The notes under the pieces were generated by a model. It had not been told where the DNA came from and searched no databases. It saw only the letters and a list, made by a program, of their open reading frames with translations. A stretch of 63,082 nucleotides of DNA, taken from the NCBI GenBank assembly GCA_001179505.1, contig CDMY01000505.1:1-63082 (forward strand), read 5' to 3'. Below are positions 1 to 12,143 of the stretch, piece after piece. Made by a program: the position numbers and the translations under genes. Source of the stretch: Vitrella brassicaformis CCMP3155. Lineage: Eukaryota; Protista; Chromerida. How positions within the stretch are numbered: the stretch's first letter is position 1; every line of letters starts with the position of its first letter.

Positions 1-45
1 CCCCCCCTCCTGCTGTGGTGTGCTGTTGGCCTATGTGGTTTGCAG

Positions 46-87
46 GAAGAGCTCCAAGCTGTGAATCGGTGCTCATCCGAGGGCTGA
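46..87 (+). CDS. Possible terminal exon of a gene starting upstream of the window
   Basis: A GT-rich tract ending TTTGCAG (41-45) is followed by EELQAVNRCSSEG-TGA. Too short to identify. Confidence 0.3.
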   Translation, partial: EELQAVNRCSSEG

Positions 88-251
88 GACAGCAGGACTG
101 ACCGAGACATACTCAGCCCGACCTGCCAACCATCTCACTCTGTTGTGACATCTGCCCTTAGTCATACCTAGCGCCTTCGACATCATCTGCCCTGTGTGTT
201 ATTTGACGACCGACGGCCCTTCGAAGGATTGACTGACTGACGCTGACTGCA

Positions 252-1082
252 ATGGCGTCCCTCTCCACTCTCAAGACCGTCCCCCTCCCATGCTTCGGCG
301 AAATGAGCGACGTGACCTCCACCCGCAGCACGGCATCCAGCGAGGCCGACCTCTCGCCCACTCTATACCAGCTCTCGGCAGCCAAGACTCTCACCACGGG
401 CCCCTTCCCCGCCGTTGTGTCCTTCAAAGGCCACAGTGTGGTGAACCTGGGCAAGAAGGGCACCGTCAAGGGCATGACGGCGGCCTGTTCGACCAGGCTG
501 ATGCTGGTGGAGGGCGGCCACGGCATGGGGGAGGGCAGTGGGACGTTCACCCTGTGCTTCGAGCAGAGCCTCGCCAGTGGCGGGGTGGTCACCGGCAGCA
601 AGAAGCTGGTCAGTGGGGTGTATCGCGTGGACGAGTGGGGTGAGGGCAGCCATGACGACACCCACACGGTGGTGCGGATCGCTCTACACTGCACCGAGGT
701 GGGGGACGATCGATCGACGAAAAACTCAGCTGCACACAATGAAAGACAGGCATTTAAGTCGGGGGCCGATATCAACCAAGCAATGTGCGTGTGTGTGGTG
801 TGTGTCTACAGATGAGTGGCATGTTGATGACGGCGCACACGACAGCGTTCGAGCCTGCAGATGCCTTCAAATCCAAGGCAAGTTTTTCCCTGCATGTGGC
901 ATCGAACAACCAGGCCGCCCTGTCCATCGACAACATCAAAGACCAACTGATGTTCATGCCATACCCAAAGGTCTGTCACCGTGAGCACCCGTCCATCGTC
1001 CCATTGTGAATGTGTGTGTGTGTGTGTGTGTCAGGAGCTGACGATGCAGTCCAAGCCGGGCAGTTGCCTGTCTGTGCTGTAG
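252..1082 (+). CDS. Hypothetical protein, 3 exons (252-698, 812-970, 1035-1082)
   Basis: ORF from ATG 252. GT-AG introns with TG-rich 3' ends join in frame (…LHCTE|MSGML…YPK|ELTMQSKPGSCLSVL*). No family recognised. Confidence 0.6.
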
Positions 1083-1792
1083 TTGGCTGCTAAGATACAC
1101 ACAGGGGGGGGACGCCACTGGGTAAGACCGCCTTTGCGTGACCACTGATTGTGTGTTGATGTCGAGTCCCTTGCCATGTTCGCCGTTGTTGTTTGGGGCT
1201 GTAAATTGTGTCCGGCCACTTGGTTGCGGAGCCTTGGGCATGTAGCGCCAAGAGGCCCGACACAATGGCAGCTCCATACAGCAGCAAGCAGACAGGCTTG
1301 GGCACATCTGGTGTTTTCTTAAGCTGCCTGCAAGGAATGCTCTGACTGACGCAGTGGGGGAGGGAACCAGAGTGATGGTGGGGGTGAAATGGCGGGACTG
1401 TCTGTGTGTCTGTCGTGTCTACGCGGGGTTTGGTTCAGAGTTTGTTGCGCATGGAAGGCGATCGTCGTCCATGCATGTCGAGTGGGGAATGCTCTATTTT
1501 TGGTCATCCTCCCTCTTCCGGCGGATGACTAAGAGAGAGGGGCCAGGAGGATGCGTTGTGTGCGTCGTGGACGGTGCTCAGCCTGACATGTGCGCCAGTA
1601 TAGGTGCACGATTGGTTGATGTGCAACGGTCCATGGATGTCCGTGAACCAACATGAGCCTGACCTATCTGGCGCTGTCTGTGCCTTCACTCAAAGTCCCA
1701 TTATTGAGCTGAAAATCCCATCAACAAAAAAAACTCGCGAAACGGTCGCACGGGAAACCTGTGAGACCTTGTTGAAATATTTGGGCACGATC

Positions 1793-4700
1793 ATGGATCT
1801 GGCTGCCTTTAATGTCCGCATAGAGTCCGCTGTTCCCACCGAAGACCAGACGACGTATCGCTATGTCATCGCCGTGCAGCACCGCAAACTCACGTGGCAA
1901 GGTCAGCGGGTGGAGGAGGGAGGATGCAATGTATGCCGACTTATGTGCTGGTTGCTCTCGTCCCTCCCACCTGTCAGTCAGCAAGCGATACTCATCGTTC
2001 GACCAGCTGCACAAGGCCCTCAAAGCAAGGTGAGGTTGAACGAATCATCAATGAATGAATACCTACCATGATGCGATGCATTCATGCGTGTGTGTGTGTT
2101 TGGTTGAACCATCCGTCCATCCATGCATCCATGGGTCAGCAAGCACGCGGCTCTCCCGCCGCTGCCGCCCAAGACGCTGATTGGCCGTCCCATTGACACC
2201 CAGGAGATAGAGGCGAGGCGGAAGGGCCTCCAACACTACCTCCACGAACTCGTTGCCAGACCCGACACCAGAACCAGCACGCCGGTAACAGACAAGACAA
2301 ACCACAGACTGACTGATTGGATAAATGGATGGATGGATGCTTCCCGTGAATGAATGAATGTTTGATTGGTCAGTTGTTGGAGTTTCTCGAGTTCGAGGCC
2401 CGCACTGACATGACTGTCACGCACCTTATGGTACGCTACGCACATACAGAGATAGATAGATAGATAGATGGACATCCTACCCATCCGAGCCAGCAACAGA
2501 CAGACCAACAGACGGGCACTGCACTTACTGCCTGGATACATACATGCATTTCCTACATGTATGTATTCATGTATTCATGTACGAATGGATGTATGTGTGT
2601 ATGTGTAGCCCCGCCGTGGCCCCGTTTGTGACCTGGAGGATCCCCGGTTCGCCGTCAGTGGCGTTCACTACTGGCACAAAGCACTCACCAAACAAATGGA
2701 CGTGGTCATCGTGGCTTACCAGGTCAGCACACCCCACCACATACATACATACGCATGTATGCATGTATGTCACTGGGGTGGTGGTGGACTGTGTTGTCTT
2801 GTGGTCCAATCAATCAGGACAGCAGCCATGTGGCTCGTCTGGGTCGCATGTGGACGGTGGTAGAGCCTGACGAACTGGGTGCATGGGCCATATGGGCGCC
2901 CACCCACGCAGGGGATGACAACTGGCACAGAGTGTTCCTCGAGAACTTCGCTATCAAGGTGAGCGCCGATGCCTGTCTGTCACCCTTTCATGGTGGATTT
3001 GTGGGTGTTGCTGTCCCCCCATAGGTGCCGTGTATGTGTGTCGAGGAGACGTCGAGGCAGATTTTCATCGCCATGGAGGGTGCGGACACACCGGCCGAGA
3101 TATCTATCGTCAGTCACCCCTCTCCATCCCTGCCTGTTGGCTTCAGACGGCACCATCCGGGCCTATCATCTGCCGGACGAAGAGGACATCCAGCCACAAC
3201 TCGTAGGTGGCGTTCCGTTCCAACATACATACGTGCATGCGTCAATCAACAAGACAGAGACACATGACATGACACGGCAATGCATTGATCGGATCCACTC
3301 TTACTGGTGTGTAGGTTGGGTCTTACCAGGTCCACGCCACGTCGGTGCTTGACTTGGACTGCTCGGCCCGCCACCTGCTGTCCATCGGCTTCGACGCCAC
3401 CATCAGACTCGTCAAAGGTCAACCAACCAACCCACCAAACAGCGATCGACATACAGTAACCAACACCAGTCCACCTGTTGGCTTCAGTGAGCACTCGAGA
3501 GGTCGTCTCTGGCGGCCGGCTGGCCAAGCGATTGGACGGCAAACACCTTACAGTAGCCGCCCTCGACGAGCCGGCGCGGAGGGCGTTTCTGGGTACGCGA
3601 ATCGCCCATGACACCCACACCCGAGCCTCGGTGTGTCCCTTGTTGCTTGCTGCCCACGTCGGTGTGTATTGCGCTGCAGGCACCTCTGGCAGTGACGTGT
3701 TGATATATGATGTGTCAGGAAACCCGCCACACTTCCTACACGCACTCACAGTATTGACCCGCGGAGGGAGGGATGGATGGAAGGAAGAAAGGAGTGATGC
3801 CGGCCTCAGGATGGGTACGTGCGTGTGTCTATTTGCCGCCCAGGTCATGTCTAGCGGACCCATATCGTGGCTGAACCTATCAGAAAGGTACCACACCACA
3901 TCCATCCATCCATACATACATAGCTGAGGTACATGCACTGCACTTGGATTGCACGAGCTTTGTGTGTGTGCGTTTGTTTCTGTGTGATTGGGTCCCTTCT
4001 CTGCGTCCGTGCCCTGCCCTGCCCCAGCCACCTGTGGGTGGGTCATGATGAGTTCGTGACGTGCTACGGCATGGAAGACAAGACATACGAAAAGAGAATG
4101 CCGCGGGTGGGTGGACCGACCTAAACTCCATGTGTATCAGTTCGCACATGTGTTGTGGGTGTGGGTGTGTGTTTGTGCAGATGGCTCAGTACGTGTCCAA
4201 CTTGGAGGGTGGTCGCCAGGTGCGGGGCGGCTGTGTCATTCCAGCTGACAAACGGCTCATCGTGGCCTACGAGGTAGGTAGGTAGACAGGCGGGCCTGCA
4301 CCCCCCTACCTACGCACACGTGTCTATCAGACATGTCTGTCAGTGAGTTGGTGAATGTATGTATGTATGCTTGTGGGTCATGTCATCATCAGGGAGGTGT
4401 GGTGGTGTATTCGCTGAGTTCCGGCACAGCCACCATGGCGTTTGCACCACACGATGGAAGGGTGGGTACATTCAGCAGCACACATGAGCGAAATCAGACC
4501 GACAGCCACTCACACCTGCCTGCCTGCCTGCGTGTTGGTTGGTGGTTACAGACGACTGAGGTGCTGGCGCTGCCAGCTGGTGTGTATGACGGCTCCACCA
4601 CCATTCTCACAGCCGGCGTAGATGGAAAAGTTAAGGTCAGTGAGCAACCTAGGAACGCGGACATCACAATACATCCACACATACATCAGGATTAAGCAAG

Positions 4701-5060
4701 CTTGGCCTGTCTGTGTGTGTTACCTGCCTCGCTCCCTGCACGCACATCACACAGTCGTGGGCCTTGAGTCCTCCGGATCAGTACGTCTTCTGGCATCCTC
4801 CCTCTTGCCGCGCAGCAGCGGCAGCAGCAGAGCCGCCCCTCAGCACCACGACGACTGCCGACTCGCCCATCCCGAGGCGCAACGGTCAGCATGAACAAAA
4901 CAGCCACCCTAACGGCGAGCAGTACAGCCAGGCACACGGCTGCACGGATGCGCCAGAGGGAGGGCCTGGGCCTGCCACCAGTGTGGGGGATGGGTCCAAG
5001 CTGCGCATTCAGCGGGAGGCTGACGAAGACGATGATGAGGAAACGCTCAGGTGGACGTGA
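1793..5060 (+). CDS. PX domain plus WD40-repeat protein (multi-exon)
   Basis: PX hallmarks: TTYRYVIAV, LPPLPPKTLIG…EARRKGLQHYLHELV, LLEFLEF. WD40-like strands follow (LLSIGFDATIRLV, GSDVLIYDV, ILTAGVDGKVK), then an acidic tail ending at TGA 5058-5060. Confidence 0.8.
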
Positions 5061-5450
5061 GCCGAGAAAACCATCTAGGGTAGCGAGGTAGATAGATAGA
5101 TGGTAGCAGAAAACAAGGTGACGTGACGCGTCTGGGGGTGTCTGTCTGGTGATGTGACAAGGACACGACACGTGAGGGATGCGGACGTTTGTGCATAGTT
5201 AGTTGGACAGCCACGAGTTGATGAGGCGTCGGCATCAATCAAGTACACACATACATGAATGCAACCATCCATCCATCAGTTCATGTCATGCAATCACTGC
5301 ATGCGTCCACCAATCCAATCAGAGGCAGCGCCCGCTGTGGTCTACCCATTCACTCATTCATATGATCAGCAAGCACCACACACACCCACTTCCCCACCGC
5401 CAGCCCAGCCCCATGACGCCCAGCTGTGCGTGAAGCCATCCATCCATTGA

Positions 5451-6137
5451 TCAGAAGTCATCATCGTCATCATCTTTCTTGCGTCTGCCCCCGCGTCTGG
5501 GTTTCTTGTCCTTGCGAGTTGCATCGGGTGAGGTGTACTCGCCGTACAGCTCGATCTCCTCCTGCCGGATCCGCTCAGTCTGCTGCGCAAAGTAGTCTTT
5601 CAGGAAGGTCAGAATGAGGAAGGCCACCCCCACGCTGGCGGCCGCCACCACACATATCCAGGCCGACTGCAGAATGCGGATGCCCCTCAGGCGCCGGTCC
5701 AGGAAATCTATGTCGTACAAGACACTCTCGTGCAGCGGAAGATCGGTCGTGCGGGGCGAGAAGAGAAACCGACGGGTCAGCAGAGCCTCCTGCCCGGGAA
5801 GCGTCAAGGCGGACGCCAAACATGGCCAGCGGGTGGAAGCCACCCCAACACCCAGCATCCTCCCTGCTGCAGTCCCAACAGCATGCACCGCCTGCATCAG
5901 CCGCCTTGGTTGCTGTACAGATGAGTCCAGGGAGGCTGGAAAGATCCTCACGGGGTGGAGATGCCGTGCTGGCAAATGAGCGGGGAGGGGAGAGCGGCTT
6001 GTTGCGCCGAATAATCGTTGACGCGCACTTGTCATCCCAGCACGGCTCGTAACACGAAACGCCTCCAAGCTGACGATGAGCCACAGCACCAACACTGCTG
6101 TCAGCCTTAATGACCCCCCATATGGTAAAGAATTCAT
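5451..6137 (-). CDS. Single-exon membrane protein with predicted signal peptide plus plastid transit peptide
   Basis: 228-aa ORF. Hydrophobic LTAVLVLWLIVSLEA|F, then an R/S/A-rich, acid-poor segment, one TM helix (AWICVVAAASVGVAFLILTFL) and a charged C-terminus. Confidence 0.7.
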   Translation of the reverse strand: MNSLPYGGSLRLTAVLVLWLIVSLEAFRVTSRAGMTSARQRLFGATSRSPLPAHLPARHLHPVRIFPASLDSSVQQPRRLMQAVHAVGTAAGRMLGVGVASTRWPCLASALTLPGQEALLTRRFLFSPRTTDLPLHESVLYDIDFLDRRLRGIRILQSAWICVVAAASVGVAFLILTFLKDYFAQQTERIRQEEIELYGEYTSPDATRKDKKPRRGGRRKKDDDDDDF

Positions 6138-6168
6138 CCTTGATAAGTATTCTAGGGAAGAAGGGACG

Positions 6169-7088
6169 ATGACAAGGGCGTCTCCGCCCGTCTCACGACC
6201 TTATCATGCACCAGATCTGGGCAAAGCCTCATCCGCGATCCACTCATTTGCGAGCTTAAGAGGGAGAAGGGGAATGACACCAATGAACGGCGAGGCAGTG
6301 AGCAATTGTACAAGATATTGCAAGATGTGTGGACAGCCGTTGTCTGACAGCGATTGTGACGCAGAGGCTTCTGATACATGTATGAGATGCAGGGCGGATC
6401 CGCCTGTCCTGGACGAGCCCATCTCTCTCAGCGATGCCCTGTCAATATGGCCTGAACCTTCACAGTCTTTCCTCACAGTCATCGGTGGGTGGAGGTACAT
6501 ACAATATCGGAGAGAGAGATGCTGACTTGTGGGAGGGATCGCATCCATGGTTTTGGCGTGTCTACTTGATGGCTGCAGAGCAGCGCCTGTGGCCTGGTGG
6601 CAGGCTCGATGACAGGCACAAAGACCACACGTACGTAGGATGGATTCGCTACCAGCCATTCATTTATTCCATGTGTGCTTCTGTCCCCCGTGTGTGCGTC
6701 CGGCATGTGTGCAGAGCTTCTGATGTTCGCCCAGAGCACACCGCGGCAGCTCCCCAACTCGGTGGTGAGGGTATGCAGAGCGATGGTGCCCCACTCATGG
6801 ACTCTCGACGGGCGAGGGTCAAAGTCGTCCTGCTGGCCAAGTGGTGCGCATGCACAGGACGACAGACAGACAGACAGACAGACAGACAGGGGTCCAGTCA
6901 CTTCAATTCACGTGTGGGCATCTGAGGCTGGGGTGTTGGTTGTGTGCTGTGCCTGTAATATCAGTTGTCCCCATCCATACAACCTGCTGGAGACCCTGTC
7001 AATGGATGCAGATGGACCTCATGTGTCGGACCGGATGGTCGATGAGATGGTACATGTGGGCGGCTCACGAGATGCACTCCTGACGTGA
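6169..7088 (+). CDS. Possible hypothetical protein with a CxxC…CxxC motif (exon structure uncertain)
   Basis: ORF contains CKMC…CMRC. Downstream GT-AG-bounded segments can be joined in frame to …HVGGSRDALLT*. No homology recognised. Confidence 0.3.
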
Positions 7089-7274
7089 CTGACTGGCTGA
7101 CGTATACAAGGATGGCGGGTAGTGACATATGTGCAGGCAGACAAGAGGACCCACTGATTGTTCGTCCTCAAACATGATTGATACCAACACACATCGGATG
7201 GTGATCGCTTCGTAGGAACTTGACTGCCTGGGCGCCCACACCATGCATTCACCCCCGACCCCTGTGAGGGAACG

Positions 7275-7316
7275 GAACGTACGTGCGTACGAACGTACGT
7301 GCGTACGAACGTACGT
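7275..7316. repeat. 16-bp tandem repeat GAACGTACGTGCGTAC, about 2.6 copies
   Basis: Units at 7275, 7291 and a partial unit at 7307, read directly. Confidence 0.85.
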
Positions 7317-7732
7317 ACGCAGCCGATGTCCGCTATGCCAGCTTCGAGAGGCCAATTCTAACTTACTTACGCGGCCACAGGTGAATGGATAGCGTCCTAT
7401 GGTCAGGGCCGCAATGAAACGATTTCACACGAGGCCACTCATCCATCACACCTCACTATGAGGAGCGATGAGTTAAATCACTGATTGCAGGGTCCGTATA
7501 ACACATCCATCACTCACATGCGCGCGCGCACAGAGAAGAAAGTGAAGCAATGTCTCCGGATGCCCGTACCACCCGCCCTCAACCTCAGCAAAGATGCACA
7601 AGAATCACAGACACACAGACCAACCAGGTGCGTCAAACATACTTGCATGTGTGTCCTCCCTCGTTCTGTCCATCCCTTTCTCCCTCCGTCCCTGCCTCCC
7701 TCCCTGTGTAGTGCCTGCCTGCCCCTGATCAT

Positions 7733-10700
7733 TCACGTAAGTTCGTCCAGGAGTATCCGTCCTGCAGAAGAAGTAAGAGGACTCAGTGGCGCATCCCGGC
7801 CCTGCCCGTACACAGCAATGGGTGGTGGTTTGGCGGCCATGACTGGCCGCTCCTGATACGAGATGTCCTCTTCCGGTTGGTCATACACAGGCGGCAGGCG
7901 AGGCCCAAACACAGGGTACTCGAAGGTCAGCTCATGCTTGGAGCCTCCACCATACGGGTCGAATGACTGGTGTTGGTGGTGCTGTTTGGGGGCAGGTGCA
8001 TAGTACTGTTGGACGAGTCTCCCGTAGGCCTCCTGCTGCTGCCGCCGAAAACGAGCCTCCTTGGCACGCAACACAGCCTGATGATCGATACACATCACAT
8101 GACGTGACATGAGACGCGACATACACACGAGTTAGTGTCTCGCTCGTTCGTTGCCCTCTCCACCAATCATCTGACTGACTGACTGACTGACTGACCTGTT
8201 GTTTCTGCCTGCGATCAGCCTCGATGACCCGCTGTGCGACGCGAGAGCGGTCGGGGGCGATGGGCGGCAGCCGATGGCCGTCACCGACACCAAAGGGTGC
8301 CTTGTGGTGCTGCTCCTTGCTTGAGGTGTGTTTGCGGTTGTCGTATGCCTTGGCGTGCTCATCTAGGTGCAGCTCGGCGATGGGCAGCCGCCTACGGTGG
8401 CCTGCTTCATGAGACGGGGCGGCCTCGGGGGGCTCCTTGGTGGCGGGGGGTCGGTGCCGCACTGACGCCTTGTCGTGCTCAACCTCTGGTGGATGGACGG
8501 GGCAGGNNNNNNNNNNNNNNNNNNNNNNNNNNNNNNNNNNNNNNNNNNNNNNNNNNNNNNNNNNNNNNNNNNNNNNNNNNNNNNNNNNNNNNNNNNNNNN
8601 NNNNNNNNNNNNNNNNNNNNNNNNNNNNNNNNNNNNNNNNNNNNNNNNNNNNNNNNNNNNNNNNNNNNNNNNNNNNNNNNNNNNNNNNNNNNNNNNNNNN
8701 NNNNNNNNNNNNNNNNNNNNNNNNNNNNNNNNNNNNNNNNNNNNNNNNNNNNNNNNNNNNNNNNNNNNNNNNNNNNNNNNNNNNNNNNNNNNNNNNNNNN
8801 NNNNNNACACAGCAATGGGTGGTGGTTTGGCGGCCATGACTGGCCGCTCCTGATACGAGATGTCCTCTTCCGGTTGGTCATACACAGGCGGCAGGCGAGG
8901 CCCAAACACAGGGTACTCGAAGGTCAGCTCATGCTTGGAGCCTCCACCATACGGGTCGAATGACTGGTGTTGGTGGTGCTGTTTGGGGGCAGGTGCATAG
9001 TACTGTTGGACGAGTCTCCCGTAGGCCTCCTGCTGCTGCCGCCGAAAACGAGCCTCCTTGGCACGCAACACAGCCTGATGATCGATACACATCACATGAC
9101 GTGACATGAGACGCGACATACACACGAGTTAGTGTCTCGCTCGTTCGTTGCCCTCTCCACCAATCATCTGACTGACTGACTGACTGACTGACCTGTTGTT
9201 TCTGCCTGCGATCAGCCTCGATGACCCGCTGTGCGACGCGAGAGCGGTCGGGGGCGATGGGCGGCAGCCGATGGCCGTCACCGACACCAAAGGGTGCCTT
9301 GTGGTGCTGCTCCTTGCTTGAGGTGTGTTTGCGGTTGTCGTATGCCTTGGCGTGCTCATCCAGGTGCAGCTCGGCGATGGGCAGCCGCCTACGGTGGCCT
9401 GCTTCATGAGACGGGGCGGCCTCGGGGGGCTCCTTGGTGGCGGGGGGTCGGTGCCGCACTGACGCCTTGTCGTGCTCAACCTCTGGTGGATGGACGGGGC
9501 AGGGAGGTGACAAAACATGAGACACGCACACACATGCAGGAGCATCGCTAGGGCACCGTGTCGTGTCTCGCCTGCCTCCCACCTCTCAGCTTGGTCAATT
9601 TGCGCACAAACTGCACCCAATGGGGACACAGCACCACACACGAGATAGAGGAACCAGATGCAGTCCGTTATGTGTGCCGCACCTGCTGAGCCTCTTTCTT
9701 TTTGATGTCGTCCATCTTTTGCTGGTGTCTGCGGTGCATGCATTGGCGCTTGCGCTCCTTGTCCTTCTCCTCCAACTCACGCCAATGGTCCATCTCCTTC
9801 TTGTGGCGGGCGAACAGTTTATCGATCTCCGCCTTTATGGCAGCCGCTCTTCTCTCCTCCTTCTCCTTCTGGAAGAAGGCTGCGCTGACGGCTTCCCTCT
9901 TCCACCGGAGGACCTCCTTGGCGGCCTCCTTCTGCTTCTCCCGCTCCCACTGATGCACACGGGCGTGGCGGCTCAGCGCTGCGGCGGGGCTGCCGTACAT
10001 GACATCAGGGACTTGTTTTGGGCGGGGCGGCGAGTCGGCGAGCCACTCACGGCGAGGCGACGGCTCTGGGGGAGGTATGTCATTATCCCGGACGCCGGGA
10101 ACCGGGGCGTCAGGAGGACGTGTTTTTGTCTTGCGGCTGGGGCTCCCCATAGGCCGCTTTGGCGGATGCGCCGACGTCAGCGCATCCATCAGCACAGGGA
10201 GCACCTCCTGGTCGGACTCCTGCGGCTCGCTGACACCCTCGACCTCCTCTTCGAGCTCCAATCCAAGCTCCTGTGTCAATTGAGGNNNNNNNNNNNNNNN
10301 NNNNNNNNNNNNNNNNNNNNNNNNNNNNNNNNNNNNNNNNNNNNNNNNNNNNNNNNNNNNNNNNNNNNNNNNNNNNNNNNNNNNNNNNNNNNNNNNNNNN
10401 NNNNNNNNNNNNNNNNNNNNNNNNNNNNNNNNNNNNNNNNNNNNNNNNNNNNNNNNNNNNNNNNNNNNNNNNNNNNNNNNNNNNNNNNNNNNNNNNNNNN
10501 NNNNNNNNNNNNNNNNNNNNNNNNNNNNNNNNNNNNNNNNNNNNNNNNNNNNNNNNNNNNNNNNNNNNNNNNNNNNNNNNNNNNNGTCGTATGCCTTGGC
10601 GTGCTCATCTAGGTGCAGCTCGGCGATGGGCAGCCGCCTACGGTGGCCTGCTTCATGAGACGGGGCGGCCTCGGGGGGCTCCTTGGTGGCGGGGGGCCGG

Positions 10701-11690
10701 TGCCGCACTGACGCCTTGTCGTACTCAACCTCTGGTGGATGGACGGGGCAGGAGAGACACCACGTGGAGGAGCATTGCGAAAGTGTCTGATGTGTCGCGT
10801 GTCTCTTACCTCTCAGCTTGGTCAATTTTGCCCGACTGTGCTGCATCTTGCGGGTGAACTGAAGAGACAAAACACGGTGCGACTGGTCATCCATTCGCTT
10901 TTTCATTGTGCTGTCCGACGAACCTGCTGTGCCTCCTTGACCCGTTCTTCGTCCAGCCTCTGCTGCTCATGTCTCTGGAGTGTCCGCTGTCTCTTCTGCG
11001 CCCTTTCCCTCTCCTCCACTTCCCTAAAGACATCCGCCTTGCCACCCGCCGTATCATGATACCGCTGGTCGAGCTCTCTTCTGAGCGCCGCGAGCTCCCG
11101 GTCCTCACGCTCTCTCTGACGACGGTGGCGCCTTTCGGCATCTTTCTTCCACTTGCGGACTTCCTTGGCGGCCTCCTTTTGCTTCTCCCGCTCCCACTGA
11201 TTCACACGGGCGTGGCGGCTCAGCGCTGCGGCGGGGCTGCCACACATCACATTCACACCCATGACCCGTTGTGGCTGTGGGGGAGGGGAAAAATCGTGTC
11301 TTGGCGGCTCTGCAGGTGGAGGCATGTACTGCTCGTGATTGCCCTGATGGTGTGGATGGACGTTTGGGGCACGATTGGCGGCCTCCAGTGGTGGGAGTGA
11401 GTGTCGCGGTGGATGGTGTATGGTGGGAGGGCGGGGGTATCCTCCTCGGGGATGGGAGGCAGGAAGGGCGCTGTCCGGTGCCTTCTCGGGCGAGTGGTTG
11501 GCGACAGGACCGCAGCCTCATTGAAGGCATGGGATACCTCCAGGGCCTGCAGGCAGCGCAGGAGGGAAGAACACAGGAAAATTTGCCTGGTCAGGTAGTG
11601 GCCCACCTTGACGCTTGAATCAATGATGTCCTTGATGATGTCTGTTGCCATGAGGCTTGCAGCCTCATTGTTAACTTCTTGGTGAACCAT
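7733..11690 (-). CDS. Tandemly duplicated hypothetical charged/coiled-coil protein gene(s), interrupted by two gaps
   Basis: Exon GSPAAALSRHARV(H/N)QWEREKQKEAAKEV occurs twice (diverged). Exon CPVHPPEVE(H/Y)DKASVRH occurs three times. The terminal exon ends at stop 7733-7735. Confidence 0.55.
7810..9503. repeat. Near-identical 697-bp direct duplication (7810-8506 and 8807-9503) flanking a gap; a third partial copy at 10586-10752
   Basis: Direct comparison. The only difference I noticed was CATCTAGG versus CATCCAGG; I did not run a full alignment. Confidence 0.9.
8507..8806. other. Assembly gap (300 N)
   Basis: N run. Confidence 1.
10286..10585. other. Assembly gap (300 N)
   Basis: N run. 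Confidence 1.
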
Positions 11691-12143
11691 TTCCTCGGTT
11701 TTCTCTCAAAAGTGCGCGCTTGGACTTGGAGACCCCCAAAGCCCCCAGGCATGCATGCGGCCTGCCCTAGTGGAAGGGATAAATCATGGCATTCACACGC
11801 AGAGAAGGGACTGCAGTCTGGTGTGTGTCAAGAAAGAGGGGCGTGTCATGGCACATATATACATCGATCTTCGCGCAGCATGCAGCACTCAAGGTCCATT
11901 CATGCAGCACACGGCGGCCGAGATCAATGCACTCACATTGGAAGCACTGAGGAGCCCCATCCACGTAGCACAGCACAGCACACACCACATCATGTCCATT
12001 ACATCACATGACACCGAGACTGTCTCGGCGACTACGCACCACAGACTTGTGAAAAAGGACGGCCTCTGATTTGATCTGCGGCCATAAAACAACAAGGCAG
12101 ATCTGTCTGCATCAGGAGGGAGGGGAGGGAGAGGGCCAGCTGG

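Noticed and set aside
11767-12095. Short Cys-containing minus-strand ORFs downstream of DnaJ
   Set aside because: They lie past the DnaJ stop with no family motif; probably UTR or intergenic.
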